Shown: in pieces, positions 20,528 to 30,294 of the stretch
Position numbering within the stretch: position 1 is the stretch's first letter
How the letters are laid out: each line of letters begins with the position of its first letter
DNA from: Candidatus Hydrogenedentota bacterium
GTDB lineage: Bacteria > Hydrogenedentota > Hydrogenedentia > Hydrogenedentales > SLHB01
Length of the DNA stretch: 64,000 nucleotides
Assembly: GCA_963674865.2 (NCBI GenBank)
Contig: CAXXYE010000003.1
Location: 288,001 to 352,000, forward strand
Direction of reading: 5' to 3'
Notes under the pieces: generated by a model
What the model saw: the letters and a program-made list of their open reading frames with translations, nothing else
The model's database searches: none
What the model was told of the DNA's origin: nothing
Program-made: the position numbers and the translations under genes

Positions 20528-21292
20528 CTAGGATGCGTCCTGTGTCTCAGAGAGGCGCTTTCGGACGCGTTTCCAGGAGCGTGTGATGAGGAAACTCTCG
20601 TCCATGTTGTCGATCATCTGCGTGAACTTGCCCATGGGCACGGCGAAGCTGAGGATGTCCGCCGCGACGAAGTCGCGTGCGGCGACGTCGAACATGCCCA
20701 ACACGCCACGAGGATGTTCTTTGTACTTCTCGAGATAGGGGTGCTGGACTATCGAGCCGCAGCCCGCCGAGAACGGCGCCACGACGCCGTGAAGATCCGT
20801 CTCATCGAAGTTGGCGAGGGTGAACAAGCCGGCCAGTACATCCGGACGGGCGAAGAAGATCGCGACTTCAGGTTCGTCCTCGCTCTCCAATCGATCCCAA
20901 CGCTTGAAGACGATATATGGCTCTGGTGCGTGGAACGCCGGACTACTCTTGAGGAGTTCACGGACAAGCTCCGGCGATTTCTTGAATCGCTCTCCTTCCA
21001 CGACGGCGGGGATGCCGCAGGAAAGGAAGTGGTCGAAGTGAGGCATAAGTTGCTGTGAGAAGCCCAGATAGCGTTTCGCGCCGGGGCAGCCCACCGAATC
21101 GACGCCGTACGCCATCGAGCGGCCCTTACGTACCTGCGCCAGTTGCGCGATGAAGCAACGATACTGCTGACTGGCCGGGGCAAGTTCGACAGAGCCGGGC
21201 GCGGCGGCGTAGTGGAACGTGATCGGCAGTTCGGCGCCGGGGAAATACCTTTCCCACGAATCGATGAATCTGTCTCGAAAGGCGAGATCCAA
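20528..21292 (-). CDS. DUF169 family protein
   Basis: ELPITF, CFIAQL, GCPGAKRYLGF, PDVLAGLFTLANF, PFSAGCGS, GMFDVAAR. Confidence 0.75.
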   Translation of the reverse strand: MDLAFRDRFIDSWERYFPGAELPITFHYAAAPGSVELAPASQQYRCFIAQLAQVRKGRSMAYGVDSVGCPGAKRYLGFSQQLMPHFDHFLSCGIPAVVEGERFKKSPELVRELLKSSPAFHAPEPYIVFKRWDRLESEDEPEVAIFFARPDVLAGLFTLANFDETDLHGVVAPFSAGCGSIVQHPYLEKYKEHPRGVLGMFDVAARDFVAADILSFAVPMGKFTQMIDNMDESFLITRSWKRVRKRLSETQDAS

Positions 21293-21426
21293 AGGGGCCT
21301 TTTCCTGACTTGTTTATGAAATAATCGCCTTGCGCCAGCGCGTTCCTCAACAACGCGTTGAGAGTGTAACATGTCTTCTACAGCGTTTCATTCCGGCGGG
21401 CCGGCCGGCCAGAGGAGGATTGAAAT

Positions 21427-21906
21427 ATGGCAGCGTCGAGTTCCATACCGAAGGAAGGGGCCAAGGCCCCGGCATTCTCACTTCCCTCAAGCGCCGGCGC
21501 ATCCGTTAGCCTGGCGCAGTTCAAAGGAAGGCCGGTGGCGCTGTATTTCTACCCGAAGGACAGCACCCCCGGCTGCACCATCGAAGCGAAGGAATTCCGA
21601 GATCATCTGGCCGGCTTCGAGGCTCGCCAGGCCGTTGTGCTCGGTGTAAGCCCGGACAGCGTCGAATCGCATTGCAGGTTCGTTGACAAACAGGATCTGA
21701 ACTTCACCTTGCTTGCCGACACCGACCACCACGTGGCCGAAGCCTACGGTGTGTGGGTGGAAAAGAGCATGTACGGCCGCAAGTTCATGGGGATCCAGCG
21801 CGCCACGTTTCTCATCGACGGCGCGGGGAAGATTGCCCGGGTGTGGCCGAAGGTTTCTCCCAAGGGGCACGCGCAGGAGGTACTCGAAGCGCTCGATGCG
21901 CTATAG
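21427..21906 (+). CDS. bcp: Thioredoxin-dependent thiol peroxidase (BCP/PrxQ)
   Basis: LYFYPKDSTPGCTIEA, GVSPDSVESH, RATFLID; GAGGAGG RBS. Confidence 0.93.
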   Translation: MAASSSIPKEGAKAPAFSLPSSAGASVSLAQFKGRPVALYFYPKDSTPGCTIEAKEFRDHLAGFEARQAVVLGVSPDSVESHCRFVDKQDLNFTLLADTDHHVAEAYGVWVEKSMYGRKFMGIQRATFLIDGAGKIARVWPKVSPKGHAQEVLEALDAL

Positions 21907-22039
21907 TGTCATACACTTTCGCGATCGGCCGTGTCCCTGAGACGCCCCGGGCCCAGACGGCCGGCCGCGGCACGACGGCGCGCATGGGCACGGGGGAGGA
22001 GGTCGCCGACCCAGGCGTGAAAACCGGGAGGGGACAAGA

Positions 22040-23062
22040 ATGCTGCGCATTGCCATCCTCGGGGCAGGGCATTTCGCGGAAGCCCATCTCAAGGCATTGG
22101 AGCGACTCAGCGGCCGCGGGCGCGTCGTATGTATTGCGCGGCGACGCCTTGACGCGCCGTTGGCGGAGGGCGTTCCCGTGGTTGCGCCCGAGGCCGCCAT
22201 CGAATCCCCGGAGGTCGACGCCGTCGCCGTCTGCCTGCCGAATAACCTGCACCGGCGTTATGCGGAGATGGCTCTGAAGGCCGGCAAGCACGTCTTCTGC
22301 GAGAAGCCGCTGGCGCTGAACGCGGCCGACGCCGATGTGGTGATCGCCGCCGCGGAGCGGGCGGGGCGTATTCTGACGGTTGGCCATCTCACGCGTTACG
22401 TTCCCGCCTACCAGGCGGCGGCCGATGTACTGACGAGCGGACGCCTCGGGGCGATCCGGGCGGCGTACGCCTCGCGACTCCAAGTCGGAAAGGCCCAATC
22501 ATGGCGGATGGATCCGGACGTGGGCGGTGGTGTCGTCTTCGACCTCCTGATCCACGACCTCGACTTGCTGAACTGGTACCTGGGCCCGCCCGAATCCGTC
22601 TACGCGCAAGGGCGACGGCATACGCAGGGCGCATTTGAACACATGGGCGCCGTGTTCACCTACGCAGGCGGTGCTGTGGCCATGGCCGAAGGGAGCTTCA
22701 TGCTGCCTCAAGGCGCATCACTAACCGCGCAACTTCGCATCCTCTGCGAGAACGGCGTCATCGAAATTGTACCGGGTGATGCGGCCGCTCCCGTGCGCGT
22801 CCGGGAAGCCGGACAGCCGGAGGAGCACCTTGCCGTCAAGACGGAGGATCTGCTTATCGAGGGACTCGTCGGGGAGTACGAGGAGTTCCTCGACGTTATC
22901 GAGGGCGCCACATCACGCCGTCGCCTTCATCTCGCCGATGCACGAAGCGCCGTCGAAGCCGCGGCCCTTACGAACCAGGCCGCCGCGAAGGGGCAAGTCA
23001 TCTCATTCGGCCCGGGAAAGCACGCCGACACGTCCAGAGACGCAGAAAGGAGGGAGCGGTGA
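22040..23062 (+). CDS. Gfo/Idh/MocA family oxidoreductase
   Basis: IAILGAG, GKHVFCEKPLA, GGGVVFDLLIHDLD. Confidence 0.92.
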   Translation: MLRIAILGAGHFAEAHLKALERLSGRGRVVCIARRRLDAPLAEGVPVVAPEAAIESPEVDAVAVCLPNNLHRRYAEMALKAGKHVFCEKPLALNAADADVVIAAAERAGRILTVGHLTRYVPAYQAAADVLTSGRLGAIRAAYASRLQVGKAQSWRMDPDVGGGVVFDLLIHDLDLLNWYLGPPESVYAQGRRHTQGAFEHMGAVFTYAGGAVAMAEGSFMLPQGASLTAQLRILCENGVIEIVPGDAAAPVRVREAGQPEEHLAVKTEDLLIEGLVGEYEEFLDVIEGATSRRRLHLADARSAVEAAALTNQAAAKGQVISFGPGKHADTSRDAERRER

Positions 23063-23262
23063 CTAAGCGCTACGAATATCGCGTCGAGTACCTCAAGCTG
23101 ACAACGGGCAAGGGCACGCTAGAGCAGATCGTTGAGGCGCTCAACCGCTTCGGTGCGGAAGGTTGGCGTTTCAACCGGATGTACGGCGAGGCCGGCCTGC
23201 GCTCGTTGACCTCATGGAAAGGGGGAGTGAACCTGCTCCAGGAGCGGGAAACTGCCGCCTGA
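23059..23262 (+). CDS. Small DUF4177-like protein
   Basis: RYEYRVE...ALNRFGAEGWR...LLQERE pattern; start overlaps upstream stop (GTGA). Confidence 0.7.
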   Translation: MTKRYEYRVEYLKLTTGKGTLEQIVEALNRFGAEGWRFNRMYGEAGLRSLTSWKGGVNLLQERETAA

Positions 23263-24104
23263 TGTCACCCGTCATTCAGGCCCTTCTCGAAAGTCTGGGA
23301 GTCACCCTTGTGGCTGCTTGCGGTGTGGCTCTCGGCTGGTGGTTTTCGAACCGGCGCAAGCCGCTTTGGCTTATCGGCTATATTGCGCCGTTCCTTCTGC
23401 TTATTCTCGTGTCCCTTCCCAGGCGGCTCCCACGGCTGGAGCTCGTCATCCCATTCCGATGGATCATGGCCGGCCGCCGGGAATTCGTCGTGATGGCCCT
23501 TGTGTGCACCACCCTTCTCGTGACACTGCTGCCCAAGCTTTCCCGCCGGGGGGAGCGGGCGATGGTTGGCCTCTTCGCGGCCTTCGCGACGCTGTATATC
23601 GCTGTACTGCCTTTCCTGATGCCCGCGCTTGACTACGGCCGCCAATCCCGTCTCAACACCCGGTTCGACGACAACGGTGTGTGTCTCCAGAGCAACTCCT
23701 ACAACTGCGGCCCGGCCGCGGCCGTGACGGCGCTGCGCCGCTTAGGAGTCCCCGCTGAAGAAGGCGAACTCGCCGTGCGCGCACACACAAGCTTCGTCGC
23801 CGGCACCTCGCCCGACAGCCTGGCAGACGCCATCCGAAGACTCTACGGCCTTCCCTGCTGTGTGGCCCATTTCTCCTCCCTCGACGAACTCCGAGGGAAG
23901 GAGCCCCTTGTGGCACGCGTGAAGCACAGCATGTTCATGGATCACTTCGTCACCGTACTTGCCGTCAGGGAGGCGGACGTGGTTATCGGCGATCCCTTTA
24001 CCGGCCGCAGTACGTTGAGCCACGATGAGTTCGCGCGAAAATGGCGCAAATGCGCCGTGGTGATCGAGAAGGGGGACGAGCCAAGCGAACAGGAAGGCCG
24101 GTAG
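23262..24104 (+). CDS. Membrane-anchored peptidase C39 family protein (no ABC transporter domain)
   Basis: About 4 N-terminal TMs, then QSNSYNCGPAA (Cys), DHFVTV (His), IGDP (Asp); ATG overlaps upstream TGA. Confidence 0.82.
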   Translation: MSPVIQALLESLGVTLVAACGVALGWWFSNRRKPLWLIGYIAPFLLLILVSLPRRLPRLELVIPFRWIMAGRREFVVMALVCTTLLVTLLPKLSRRGERAMVGLFAAFATLYIAVLPFLMPALDYGRQSRLNTRFDDNGVCLQSNSYNCGPAAAVTALRRLGVPAEEGELAVRAHTSFVAGTSPDSLADAIRRLYGLPCCVAHFSSLDELRGKEPLVARVKHSMFMDHFVTVLAVREADVVIGDPFTGRSTLSHDEFARKWRKCAVVIEKGDEPSEQEGR

Positions 24105-24110
24105 CTCACA

Positions 24111-25127
24111 TCACACGTCACGATCACCGGCTGCAAGCCGGCCCGCCCCCGGGATCTCGCCACGGCTTTCCGCGCGCGCAGGCGCTGCCGCGATATCCAC
24201 ATGCAGCCTCAGTTGCCCGTAGCGGAGCTTCACCCAGAGCGGGATCAGCGTGCTTCCTGCGAGCAACACGCCAAGGGCAAGTAGCCCGGACTCCGGGCCG
24301 AAGGCACCGCCCACCCATAGCTCCGGGCCGTGCTGCTCGGTGGCGATGACGGTGGCTGAGACATACGCGTACCCGCTTATTGGGAAGCCGTAAACGTTGC
24401 TTTCAAAGAAGTTCCACGCGATATGCAAGCCGATGGGAATGGCCAACTCCCCCGTCAGCACGTAGCCGAGTCCCATGACGATTCCGGCCAGGGCGATGTC
24501 CAGTATGCCGATGAAGCACATGTGCGGATTGCCCGCGTGGAACAATGAAAATCCAACGGACGACAGGAGCAAGGCGAGGATGATGGAAGCCCGCGGCCCG
24601 ATGCGCCACCAGTTGAGGCCTTCGGCGAGGTTGGTGAGATGATAGCCTTGTGAGAGCATTTCCTCATTCACGCCCACCAACACGAAGAGCACCACTGGCA
24701 ATAAGATAGCCAGGGCAAACGGTATGTCTGGATCTCGTGTCGCCAGCACTTCCGTTACCGTCACCCATCCTGCGGCGAACTCAATCAGGAACACGCACGT
24801 CACCAGCGAGCCGCCCAGCACAAATCCGAACGCGAGATCGATCCACCAGTTTCTGTCGAAGTGGAATCCGAAATCGATGAACCGGCGCCTGTCCAGAAAC
24901 CGGCCCGCTACGTAGATGGAGACAAGGACTGTCAAACCAGAGAGTATTGCTCGGCCAGGCAACGTGTGTGGAATCACCCGGACTCCCGCCGTAGCCTCGA
25001 TCGTGTCACACACCCAGACGACTAGGAGCACCTGTGCTATCACCAGGAGCGCCTGTAGCACGAGCCGCCACAGCGCCCGGATTCGTCCTTCACGCCGGTT
25101 CCAGAAGGCAGCGACAATGCAGCCCAT
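24111..25127 (-). CDS. CPBP (CAAX/Abi) family intramembrane glutamic endopeptidase
   Basis: NEEMLSQGY, FSLFH, GLHIAWN, GGAFGPESG; many TMs. Confidence 0.88.
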   Translation of the reverse strand: MGCIVAAFWNRREGRIRALWRLVLQALLVIAQVLLVVWVCDTIEATAGVRVIPHTLPGRAILSGLTVLVSIYVAGRFLDRRRFIDFGFHFDRNWWIDLAFGFVLGGSLVTCVFLIEFAAGWVTVTEVLATRDPDIPFALAILLPVVLFVLVGVNEEMLSQGYHLTNLAEGLNWWRIGPRASIILALLLSSVGFSLFHAGNPHMCFIGILDIALAGIVMGLGYVLTGELAIPIGLHIAWNFFESNVYGFPISGYAYVSATVIATEQHGPELWVGGAFGPESGLLALGVLLAGSTLIPLWVKLRYGQLRLHVDIAAAPARAESRGEIPGAGRLAAGDRDV

Positions 25128-25206
25128 GCTATGTGCGGCCCCCTTGTTGTGCCGTCATGCGCGCCCCTGTTTCGCGTGAAGTTCCCGGCATCATGCCACG
25201 TCTTGC

Positions 25207-26193
25207 TTACGTGTGCAATTCCACCACATCGCCATCGTGCAGGATGTGATCCCGCCCCACGAGTTGCCCATCGTGGACGCCCGCGCCCCACAGCCGGGCC
25301 GTCTTGAGCTCCCGGATGAAATCATGATGGACATGCGCCGCGAACTCCTCGACGCTGCTCCCTTCTTTCAAGACAAAGGGAGATTCGAGTTTCGGCTCTT
25401 TGCCGGGCGGCTTGCTGTAGACTCGAATGATTCCCAACTGCCCGAACACCGCTTGCCGCAGTGTGTCGAGATTGCGCCCCGACTCGGCCGACACCGACAG
25501 CATGGGCCATCGGCCGCCCAGAAGCTCACGAAAGACCTCGAATTCCTCATCCCAGTTCCCATCATCATCCTTGTTCACCACCACCACGCACGGGATGCGC
25601 GCCACGTATCGGCGCCCCGGCGCTCCTTCATCCTCATTGCCGAGCGCAATCCGGTGCTCCTTGAGCAGGCCGACGGCATCGTCGAGATCTTGGATGGGAT
25701 GTCCCTGCAGGTCGACGGCCAGCAGGAGCATGTCCGCCGTCTTGATCAGTCCGAAAAGCTCCGGCTCGACATGTTCCCGGCTCAACGCCGGCGTGTCGAT
25801 CAACTGAATCTGGATGTCGTGCACCGGCATCATTCCCGGCGTGGGCGTCCATGTCGTGAAGGGATAGGCCGATACTTTCGGCGTGGCGTGCGTCAGCGCC
25901 GCTATCAGTGCGGATTTCCCGACGTTCGGCGCCCCGACGACAACCACGCGCGCCGGGCCCTCCTTCTCGACGTGGTACACCGAGCGATGCTTGCCGGCCT
26001 TCTTCTGGCTCTCGATATTTGTCTTCAGCCGCGATAGCCTGCGCCGCAGATCCGCGCGAAGCTTGTCCGTGCCCTTGTGCTTCGGAACCGTTGTCAGCAG
26101 TTCTTCAAGACAGCGGACCTTCTCCTCCTCCGACTCCGCCTCGCGGAACCGCTCCTCCGCGTCGAAGTATTCTGGTGGCAGGTTAGTCGGCAT
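25207..26193 (-). CDS. DRG-like OBG-family GTPase with C-terminal TGS domain
   Basis: MPTNLPPE...PKHKGTDKLRADL N-terminus; GAPNVGKS, YPFTT, DTPA, NKDD, SA; TGS ending VGRDHILHDGDVVELH. Confidence 0.87.
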   Translation of the reverse strand: MPTNLPPEYFDAEERFREAESEEEKVRCLEELLTTVPKHKGTDKLRADLRRRLSRLKTNIESQKKAGKHRSVYHVEKEGPARVVVVGAPNVGKSALIAALTHATPKVSAYPFTTWTPTPGMMPVHDIQIQLIDTPALSREHVEPELFGLIKTADMLLLAVDLQGHPIQDLDDAVGLLKEHRIALGNEDEGAPGRRYVARIPCVVVVNKDDDGNWDEEFEVFRELLGGRWPMLSVSAESGRNLDTLRQAVFGQLGIIRVYSKPPGKEPKLESPFVLKEGSSVEEFAAHVHHDFIRELKTARLWGAGVHDGQLVGRDHILHDGDVVELHT

Positions 26194-26256
26194 TGCCCTA
26201 TCCGGCCTCCCCCGTCCTAGCTCAAAGGCGTCTCTCGTTTCCTGCTTCCAGCGAGC

Positions 26257-28203
26257 TCAGTCCTGCGTACGGAGATTCTTGAAGTAGTAGAGGAATCCGT
26301 CCTCGGCACCCGCTACGAGATCGGGCACGCCATCGCGATTCCAATCTACGATGGCGGGGCAGGTGGTGTGTCCCGCAAGCCGCTCCTCCGATAGGTTCCC
26401 AAGATTCTTGAACACGAACTCGCCTTCTTCCTCGGCGATATTCCGCATGAAGTCGATATTCAGGCTGTTGATCAGGATATCCAGACGGCCGTCGCCATCC
26501 CAATCCGTCATGACGAGTTTCCGCCGGCCGCTGCCCCCGGCGCGCTTCTCGCTGAGCCGTAACGCCTGCCTATTCTCATCGAGGAAGATGCGCTTGCCGG
26601 GGAGTAGCTCCAAAACGTCGTCAGTCCTCCGGCGCTCGAAGAACGCCAGGTAGCCTTCGTGATCGAGCATGATGAGGTCGTTCAATCCATCGCCGTTCAA
26701 ATCGCGCACCAAAGGACTCGTGCGCCACTGCGTGACGAGCTGATTCCCTTTCGGTTGCCACCACGTCCACGCCGGCTTCGGCGGCGCGCCGTCCCAGGCC
26801 ACCTCGATCCGCTGCGCCGCTCTGAGCTTCGGCGTGGTGCGCGTGCCGGCGTTCTCGTACCAGAGCACCTCCCCCCAGATCGAGTTGATGATGATGTCCG
26901 GTAGCCCGTCGTGGTTCCAGTCGGCCACATTCGGCACCGTATATCCCCATTTCGCCTCGGCCGGCCCCTGGATGGAGCCGTTCGGCCCGGCCTGGATACG
27001 GATGACAACGCCGTCGGCCTTGAGGTATACGGGCGCCGCCCACTGCGGCGGATCGGCGTTGTCCAGGTTCTCAACGAAATTCAGGTAGCCTGCGGTGTCG
27101 CCGGCAATGAGGTCTTCATCGCCGTCGCCGTCCCAGTCGACGTCGAAGGGAGTGCACAAGGCACCGATCTTGACGTTATCGGCCTCTTGCTGGAAGAAGC
27201 GCGGTACCAAGAATATGGGCATATTCTTGGCCATTCGGCCTGTGTGTTCGACTAGGGCGACGCGGCCATCCTCCTGGCCAACGATGAGATCCGTGTCGCC
27301 ATCCTTGTCCCAGTCCAGAGCGACGACCTGGAGCATCTCTAGGTCCATGTGGATGGGCTCTTTCCCGTCGGTAAGATAACGTCCTTCGGCGTATTCCGGC
27401 GCCGAACGCGTGCCCTTATTCTGGAAGTAGGTGAGCTTGTCGAGGAATTCCCCGCAAACGAGGTCGAGGTCGCCATCACCGTCGAAGTCGGCGATATTCG
27501 GGGAGGGGCAGCCGTAGACGTCCACAGGTTCGCCTCCGGCGAGCACGCGCTCAGGCGCGCCATACACCGGGGCCTTGTTGGTTCCCGTGTTCAGAGCGAT
27601 GAACACCCAGCCGTGCAGCGGCCCGGCCGTCCATTCCCCCTTCTCGCTGAACGCGTCATCCCATCCGTAATCACTCCAGGAACTGACGCCCAGCACGAGG
27701 TCCATGCGGCCGTCGCCGTCGTAGTCGGCGAGTTTCCACTGCTCCGCCCGCACCCTTTCGATAGAGAGTCCTGATTCGTATGACATCTCTTCAGGTTTGG
27801 CGCTGCCGCTTGCCAGGAAGTCGGGATAGCGATGGCCGGGCGTCATGACGAGGGCGCTGTCGTTGACGTACGACACCGTCACGTTCTTGAGCCCTTCATC
27901 AATGCGCACCGCCGCCTTGAACGTCGGATATTTCGCATCGCCTTGCGTGTTCTCAAAGAAGTAGGTGCCGTTCGATGGCTTGTTCCTCGTCGAAACCACC
28001 ATGTCATAGTCGCCGTCGCCATCGTAGTCCATAGGCAGCGGTTGGGCCCACAATCCGACGCCCAGGTCGACCACCAAATCCGGGTGGTTGTACTTCAGGC
28101 GCTCGAAGGTCTTTGATGTGCCCTCGACCTCATCGGCGAGAGCCGGGACAACCAACACGGCCGCGGTGATGCACAGTGCGATGTAGCCACGGCTAAGGCG
28201 CAT
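26257..28203 (-). CDS. Secreted FG-GAP/VCBS repeat beta-propeller protein
   Basis: Signal peptide; many D(Y/W/F)DGDGDxDL repeats. Confidence 0.85.
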   Translation of the reverse strand: MRLSRGYIALCITAAVLVVPALADEVEGTSKTFERLKYNHPDLVVDLGVGLWAQPLPMDYDGDGDYDMVVSTRNKPSNGTYFFENTQGDAKYPTFKAAVRIDEGLKNVTVSYVNDSALVMTPGHRYPDFLASGSAKPEEMSYESGLSIERVRAEQWKLADYDGDGRMDLVLGVSSWSDYGWDDAFSEKGEWTAGPLHGWVFIALNTGTNKAPVYGAPERVLAGGEPVDVYGCPSPNIADFDGDGDLDLVCGEFLDKLTYFQNKGTRSAPEYAEGRYLTDGKEPIHMDLEMLQVVALDWDKDGDTDLIVGQEDGRVALVEHTGRMAKNMPIFLVPRFFQQEADNVKIGALCTPFDVDWDGDGDEDLIAGDTAGYLNFVENLDNADPPQWAAPVYLKADGVVIRIQAGPNGSIQGPAEAKWGYTVPNVADWNHDGLPDIIINSIWGEVLWYENAGTRTTPKLRAAQRIEVAWDGAPPKPAWTWWQPKGNQLVTQWRTSPLVRDLNGDGLNDLIMLDHEGYLAFFERRRTDDVLELLPGKRIFLDENRQALRLSEKRAGGSGRRKLVMTDWDGDGRLDILINSLNIDFMRNIAEEEGEFVFKNLGNLSEERLAGHTTCPAIVDWNRDGVPDLVAGAEDGFLYYFKNLRTQD

Positions 28204-28273
28204 AAGGGATAGTCCTTCTTTGGATGACGGCCGACGAAGGCCGATCCTACGGCGCGGAGTTCCGGGCCGGCAC

Positions 28274-29113
28274 TCACTCAGGGGCGGCGTCCGCGGGCTC
28301 CACAGGCTTCGGCCTCTTCAGGCGCTTCTCGAAGTACTTCTCGATATTGCTTGCCCGCTCCCCTCGAATAGCACTGCGGTCGTTCGGGCTTCCGCTCCAA
28401 TCATAAAGGATGGCGATCTTGCGATCCTTGCCCAGGGGCTCGAACAGGCAGGCATCACGTACGACAAGCGTGTACTGCCCGAGGCCGCGGGTGGGATCGC
28501 CCGTCTCGGCGTAGGCGTCGCCCGATACCTCCAATACGAACGCCAGGAGCAGCGCCCGGCCCTTCCCCGTTTGCTCCTTCACGAGGCGCAGGTACTTGGC
28601 CTTCTCCGTGTCCACGGCCACCGGGGGCGTCGTGAGCCGCCAGCTCCAGTCCTTCTCGCGTATGTCGTGCTGCCCGACGGCCTGTGCTTCCGTCGCGAGG
28701 CCGCTCTGCTCCGCGGCGGACACTTCGCCCTGGTAATTGCCCCGGCCAAAGAACGTGGCCGAGACTTCCAGCCCGGAGTACTGCTCCTTGTTGGCGTCAT
28801 AGCCGTCCAGTTTGAACGGCGCCCCCAGGACAAGCCATTTGCGTTCGTATAGTCGTACGCTTTCGCGCTCGGAAAGGTGCGCTGCCCATCGCGTACGGAA
28901 TTCCTCGTCCGTCTCGAATTCGCCGCGCGGCGCCGGCTCTCTCAATGCATGCGTCGCTTCATACGCCTCCTGGACAATCGACTGCAACCAGTCCTTCTCA
29001 CTGCCTTTGACGACGCCCAGCGGCTTATCATCAGCCAGGACGTTTGAGGCTGAAAGCAGTAGAACTACGGACGCTACTGGCCTCAACAGGCCCCTCTTCC
29101 GCCTGGTTCTCAT
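28274..29113 (-). CDS. Hypothetical exported protein
   Basis: ATG after AAGGAGGT; signal peptide ending VLA; RGEFETDEEF motif; no recognisable family. Confidence 0.65.
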   Translation of the reverse strand: MRTRRKRGLLRPVASVVLLLSASNVLADDKPLGVVKGSEKDWLQSIVQEAYEATHALREPAPRGEFETDEEFRTRWAAHLSERESVRLYERKWLVLGAPFKLDGYDANKEQYSGLEVSATFFGRGNYQGEVSAAEQSGLATEAQAVGQHDIREKDWSWRLTTPPVAVDTEKAKYLRLVKEQTGKGRALLLAFVLEVSGDAYAETGDPTRGLGQYTLVVRDACLFEPLGKDRKIAILYDWSGSPNDRSAIRGERASNIEKYFEKRLKRPKPVEPADAAPE

Positions 29114-29324
29114 GAGAATGACCTCCTTCGCTTGTGCCGTGTCCGGCGCACCGACTATGGCCAAGCTCCTGCTCGTCATGATGCCAAGTTCAGTATGGCT
29201 ACCCACGGATAGCAGTTCAAATCCCGCCGCCCGGGGACTTGCATTCCCGCCCCGGGGCAGGCGAAGATCGCGCACGTATTCGAGAGTCGAAATGCAGCCA
29301 TCCTTTATCTTGAAGAGGAATGAT

Positions 29325-30284
29325 ATGTTCTGTGCTATCCCAGCCCTCTTTCTGGCCCTGTCCGTTCAGAGCGCCTCCCCGGTAGCGGCAGGCACCCCTC
29401 CACCGCCCGCGATGGAACTCACGATTTCCAGCACGGCCGATGGCACGTCCCAGCCATGCCTCGCCATCCCTTCAATACGACGCGGGCCGCAGCCGCTGCT
29501 GGTGGCGCTCCATCCCTGGAGCCATGGATACAACACCTACGACATGTCCGACTGGCGCAATGCCGCTGTCGAGCGTGGATGGCACGTTATCTTTCCGCAC
29601 TTCCGCGGGCCGAATAAGCAGCCCGACGCCTGCGCGTCGGCCTTGGCGCGTCAGGATGTCCTCGACGCAACGGCGTATGCATGTGAGCACTGGAATGTTG
29701 ACGAACGCCGCATCTATCTCGCGGGAGGCTCCGGCGGCGGGCACATGGCCATGGCTATGGCGGCCCACGCGCCGCACGTCTGGGCGGGCGTGTCCGCCTG
29801 GGTGGGCATCAGCGACCTCGCCGCGTGGCACCAAGAGTGCAAGGCCGCCGGACGGAAGTATTGGCGCGATATCGAGGGCGTGGTCGGGGGGGCGCCGGGT
29901 GCGTCACCGGAAGTCGACGAGCAACTTCGATACCGCTCGCCCATCCATCATCTCGCCGCCGCCAAAGATCTGCCCATGGATCTCAACGCCGGCATCCACG
30001 ACGGCCACACAGGATCCGTCCCCATCCACCACACCCTCGACGCCTTCAATGTGCTTGCCCAGGCGTTGGGCGCCGCCCCGGTAACTGACGAGGAGATCGC
30101 CACGCTTTCCAAGGAGGAGCCTCTGGCGAGCCGGGAGGAGCAGGATGCCACCTATGGCCGGATGCTGTATTTGCGCCGCACCGCCGGGCCTTCGCGCGTG
30201 AGCATCTTCGAAGGAGGCCACCAGGCCATCCCCACCGCCGCCTGCAAATGGCTCGCACGGCAACGCCGGCCCGTGGAGCGGTAG
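29325..30284 (+). CDS. Secreted alpha/beta hydrolase (S9/prolyl oligopeptidase-like esterase)
   Basis: Signal peptide; PLLVALHPWS, IYLAGGSGGG nucleophile elbow, GIHDG, FEGGH; true start is internal to the listed 28812 ORF. Confidence 0.82.
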   Translation: MFCAIPALFLALSVQSASPVAAGTPPPPAMELTISSTADGTSQPCLAIPSIRRGPQPLLVALHPWSHGYNTYDMSDWRNAAVERGWHVIFPHFRGPNKQPDACASALARQDVLDATAYACEHWNVDERRIYLAGGSGGGHMAMAMAAHAPHVWAGVSAWVGISDLAAWHQECKAAGRKYWRDIEGVVGGAPGASPEVDEQLRYRSPIHHLAAAKDLPMDLNAGIHDGHTGSVPIHHTLDAFNVLAQALGAAPVTDEEIATLSKEEPLASREEQDATYGRMLYLRRTAGPSRVSIFEGGHQAIPTAACKWLARQRRPVER

Positions 30285-30294
30285 AGGCGAGCGC

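Noticed and set aside
23059..23262. 67-aa ORF as a double-glycine bacteriocin precursor
   Set aside because: Fits the DUF4177 pattern; the GG lies near the C-terminus and there is no ELSxxEL-type leader, so it is kept only as a weak test hypothesis.
29212..29235. GTTCAAATCCCGCCGCCC, similar to a tRNA T-loop or att remnant
   Set aside because: T-stem does not pair and there is no cloverleaf or matching partner in the window.
28812..29324. N-terminal 171 aa of the listed 490-aa ORF
   Set aside because: Overlaps the divergent gene; signal peptide and RBS support a start at 29325.
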